Shown: positions 62,522 to 64,000 of the stretch, in pieces
Layout: each line of letters begins with the position of its first letter
How positions within the stretch are numbered: the stretch's first letter is position 1
Source: Nemertoderma westbladi
Taxonomy: Eukaryota; Animalia; Xenacoelomorpha
Assembly: GCA_032718475.1 (NCBI GenBank)
Contig: JAUCBJ010007030.1
Span: 62,001 to 126,000 of the forward strand
DNA length: 64,000 nucleotides
Direction: 5' to 3'
Position numbers and translations under genes: made by a program
The notes under the pieces: model-generated
What the model was told of the DNA's origin: nothing
The model's database searches: none
The model's input: the letters and a program-made list of their open reading frames with translations, nothing else

Positions 62522-63417
62522 TGTTCTAGAATATTATAATTATAACATACGTATCGTATCGTTCTACATAGAAGTTAGTTAGTTAATAACCCATCCAGAA
62601 GGAATCGCTGTATTGAACTGAACCGTTTATTACTAGTGTGTGACGCAACGAAACATACACATCATATGTAATAATATGCATATTTTCTACTTTTAATTAA
62701 ATTAATAATAAAAAATATACGTGTTTCTTACTCATTTTGTATTTATGTCCCACTTTAAACTTTTTGTGTGTTAATTTATATTCATATTAGGCCCTCTAGG
62801 GTAATATGTGGCCGTATCTAAAACAACTCACACAGAAGGTTTGTAGTGCGACACAAATGCAAAAATGGTAACAAAACCCTTTATTGGCAGTTATCTCCGA
62901 TATTAGTTTAATTAAAAGGAGAAAATTTGGAAAGGAAATAATTAGATAATAATAAGTTGCATACTGTTAGTGTTACTGTACAATTCGGACTACATTACTA
63001 TAATAAACTACTGTTCCGTTGTATAACAACTTTTATCTATATATTCTGCGACGGAAATCGAATCCTAAGTTTATGTACGAAGTATCGGTAGTCAGTATGT
63101 TACATAATGAGACCCTTCTATTCTTTTAATCTACCGTAACTTTTTTGAAATTTGGGACATTATTGTACAAAACAATTGGCAAAACAAACATTTTTAAATC
63201 TTTTCAAACAGTCAAATATTCGATAATATTTTATAATTAAAATTAATTACAAATATAACATTACATCCTACATAATATAAAAATATGTTTTATATGATAT
63301 TAATTAATTAAAATACTTTTAGGGGTTTCATTTGACCGGCATCATAATTACTATTTATTTCGTGAATTATTCAGTTCGGAATTTATGTAATATTATTACT
63401 TAGAATGACTACGGGCT

Positions 63418-63999
63418 TCATGAATTACGAATACCAGGAGAAATATAATTAAGCGGAAGCAAAGCACTTAAAACTAAATCCAATATAGCAGCGGTGAACC
63501 CCCATATATTCAAAGGTGTTAAAGTAAAGACAATTGTTGTTTGTGTTAGAGTCTCATTGATCTTCCACCTTGTATATCTACAGTTCTTTGGATTGCTAAA
63601 AGTTTCTAAAGGAATCACAAATACGTCGTCAACTTCATCGGGATTACATTGGAGTTTGGATTCCTCCAACTCGCCAATGTAAGCGAGAAAGGGCTTAACG
63701 ACAAGTCTGTACGATATGGGCATACAAGAAGGGAGGGGTCCCCACACCTCCAATGAGTCAGTATCGATCCCTAACTCTTCGCGAGTCTCTCGTAACGCTG
63801 TTTCCAGCAGACTCGAGTCTCTGGGTTCGCACTTTCCGCCAGGGAAACTCATCTGTCCCGTAAACGATCTCATCGCAACTGATCTCTGAGTTAGTAACAC
63901 CGAAGGCCGGCCATCGCGGTCCCGACAAAGCGGTACTAATACGGCGGCTTTCGGTACATAATTAGGTGGAGCCAGTCGGACAGATATCCAATCGTTATC
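63418..63999 (-). CDS. NUDT8: Nudix CoA diphosphatase, NUDT8-like (5' end outside the window)
   Basis: AAVLVPLC, LLTQRS..MRSF.GQMSFPGG, Nudix box GGKCEPRDSSLLETALRETREELGI, IWGFTAAI; frame stays open to the window edge. Confidence 0.88.
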   Translation of the reverse strand, partial: DNDWISVRLAPPNYVPKAAVLVPLCRDRDGRPSVLLTQRSVAMRSFTGQMSFPGGKCEPRDSSLLETALRETREELGIDTDSLEVWGPLPSCMPISYRLVVKPFLAYIGELEESKLQCNPDEVDDVFVIPLETFSNPKNCRYTRWKINETLTQTTIVFTLTPLNIWGFTAAILDLVLSALLPLNYISPGIRNS

Positions 64000-64000
64000 G

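Overview
AT-rich animal genomic DNA dominated by transposable elements. A minus-strand, 8-exon gene for a secreted three-CUB-domain protein (about 397 aa; ATG 49054, stop 2583) spans about 46 kb. Its introns hold a young 10.1-kb pol-less BEL/Pao-like LTR element (1.18-kb LTRs, CCCAT target-site duplication (TSD), broken gag, several orphan ORFs, no tRNA-type primer-binding site (PBS)), a truncated Gypsy element nested in a LINE, and a near-complete Penelope-like element. They also contain RTE, L2 and CRE LINE fragments, a Tc1/mariner remnant, MITEs and satellites. A non-autonomous Helitron lies just upstream of the gene. Two compact genes end the window: COA7 and a partial NUDT8. The most unusual signals are the pol-less LTR element with a possible self-priming site, a tRNA-like Pol III unit with a hammerhead ribozyme in place of the anticodon arm, a minisatellite built from an exon/intron junction (about 38 tandem splice donors), and several minimal hammerheads. 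All calls come from reading the sequence by eye; no searches were run.
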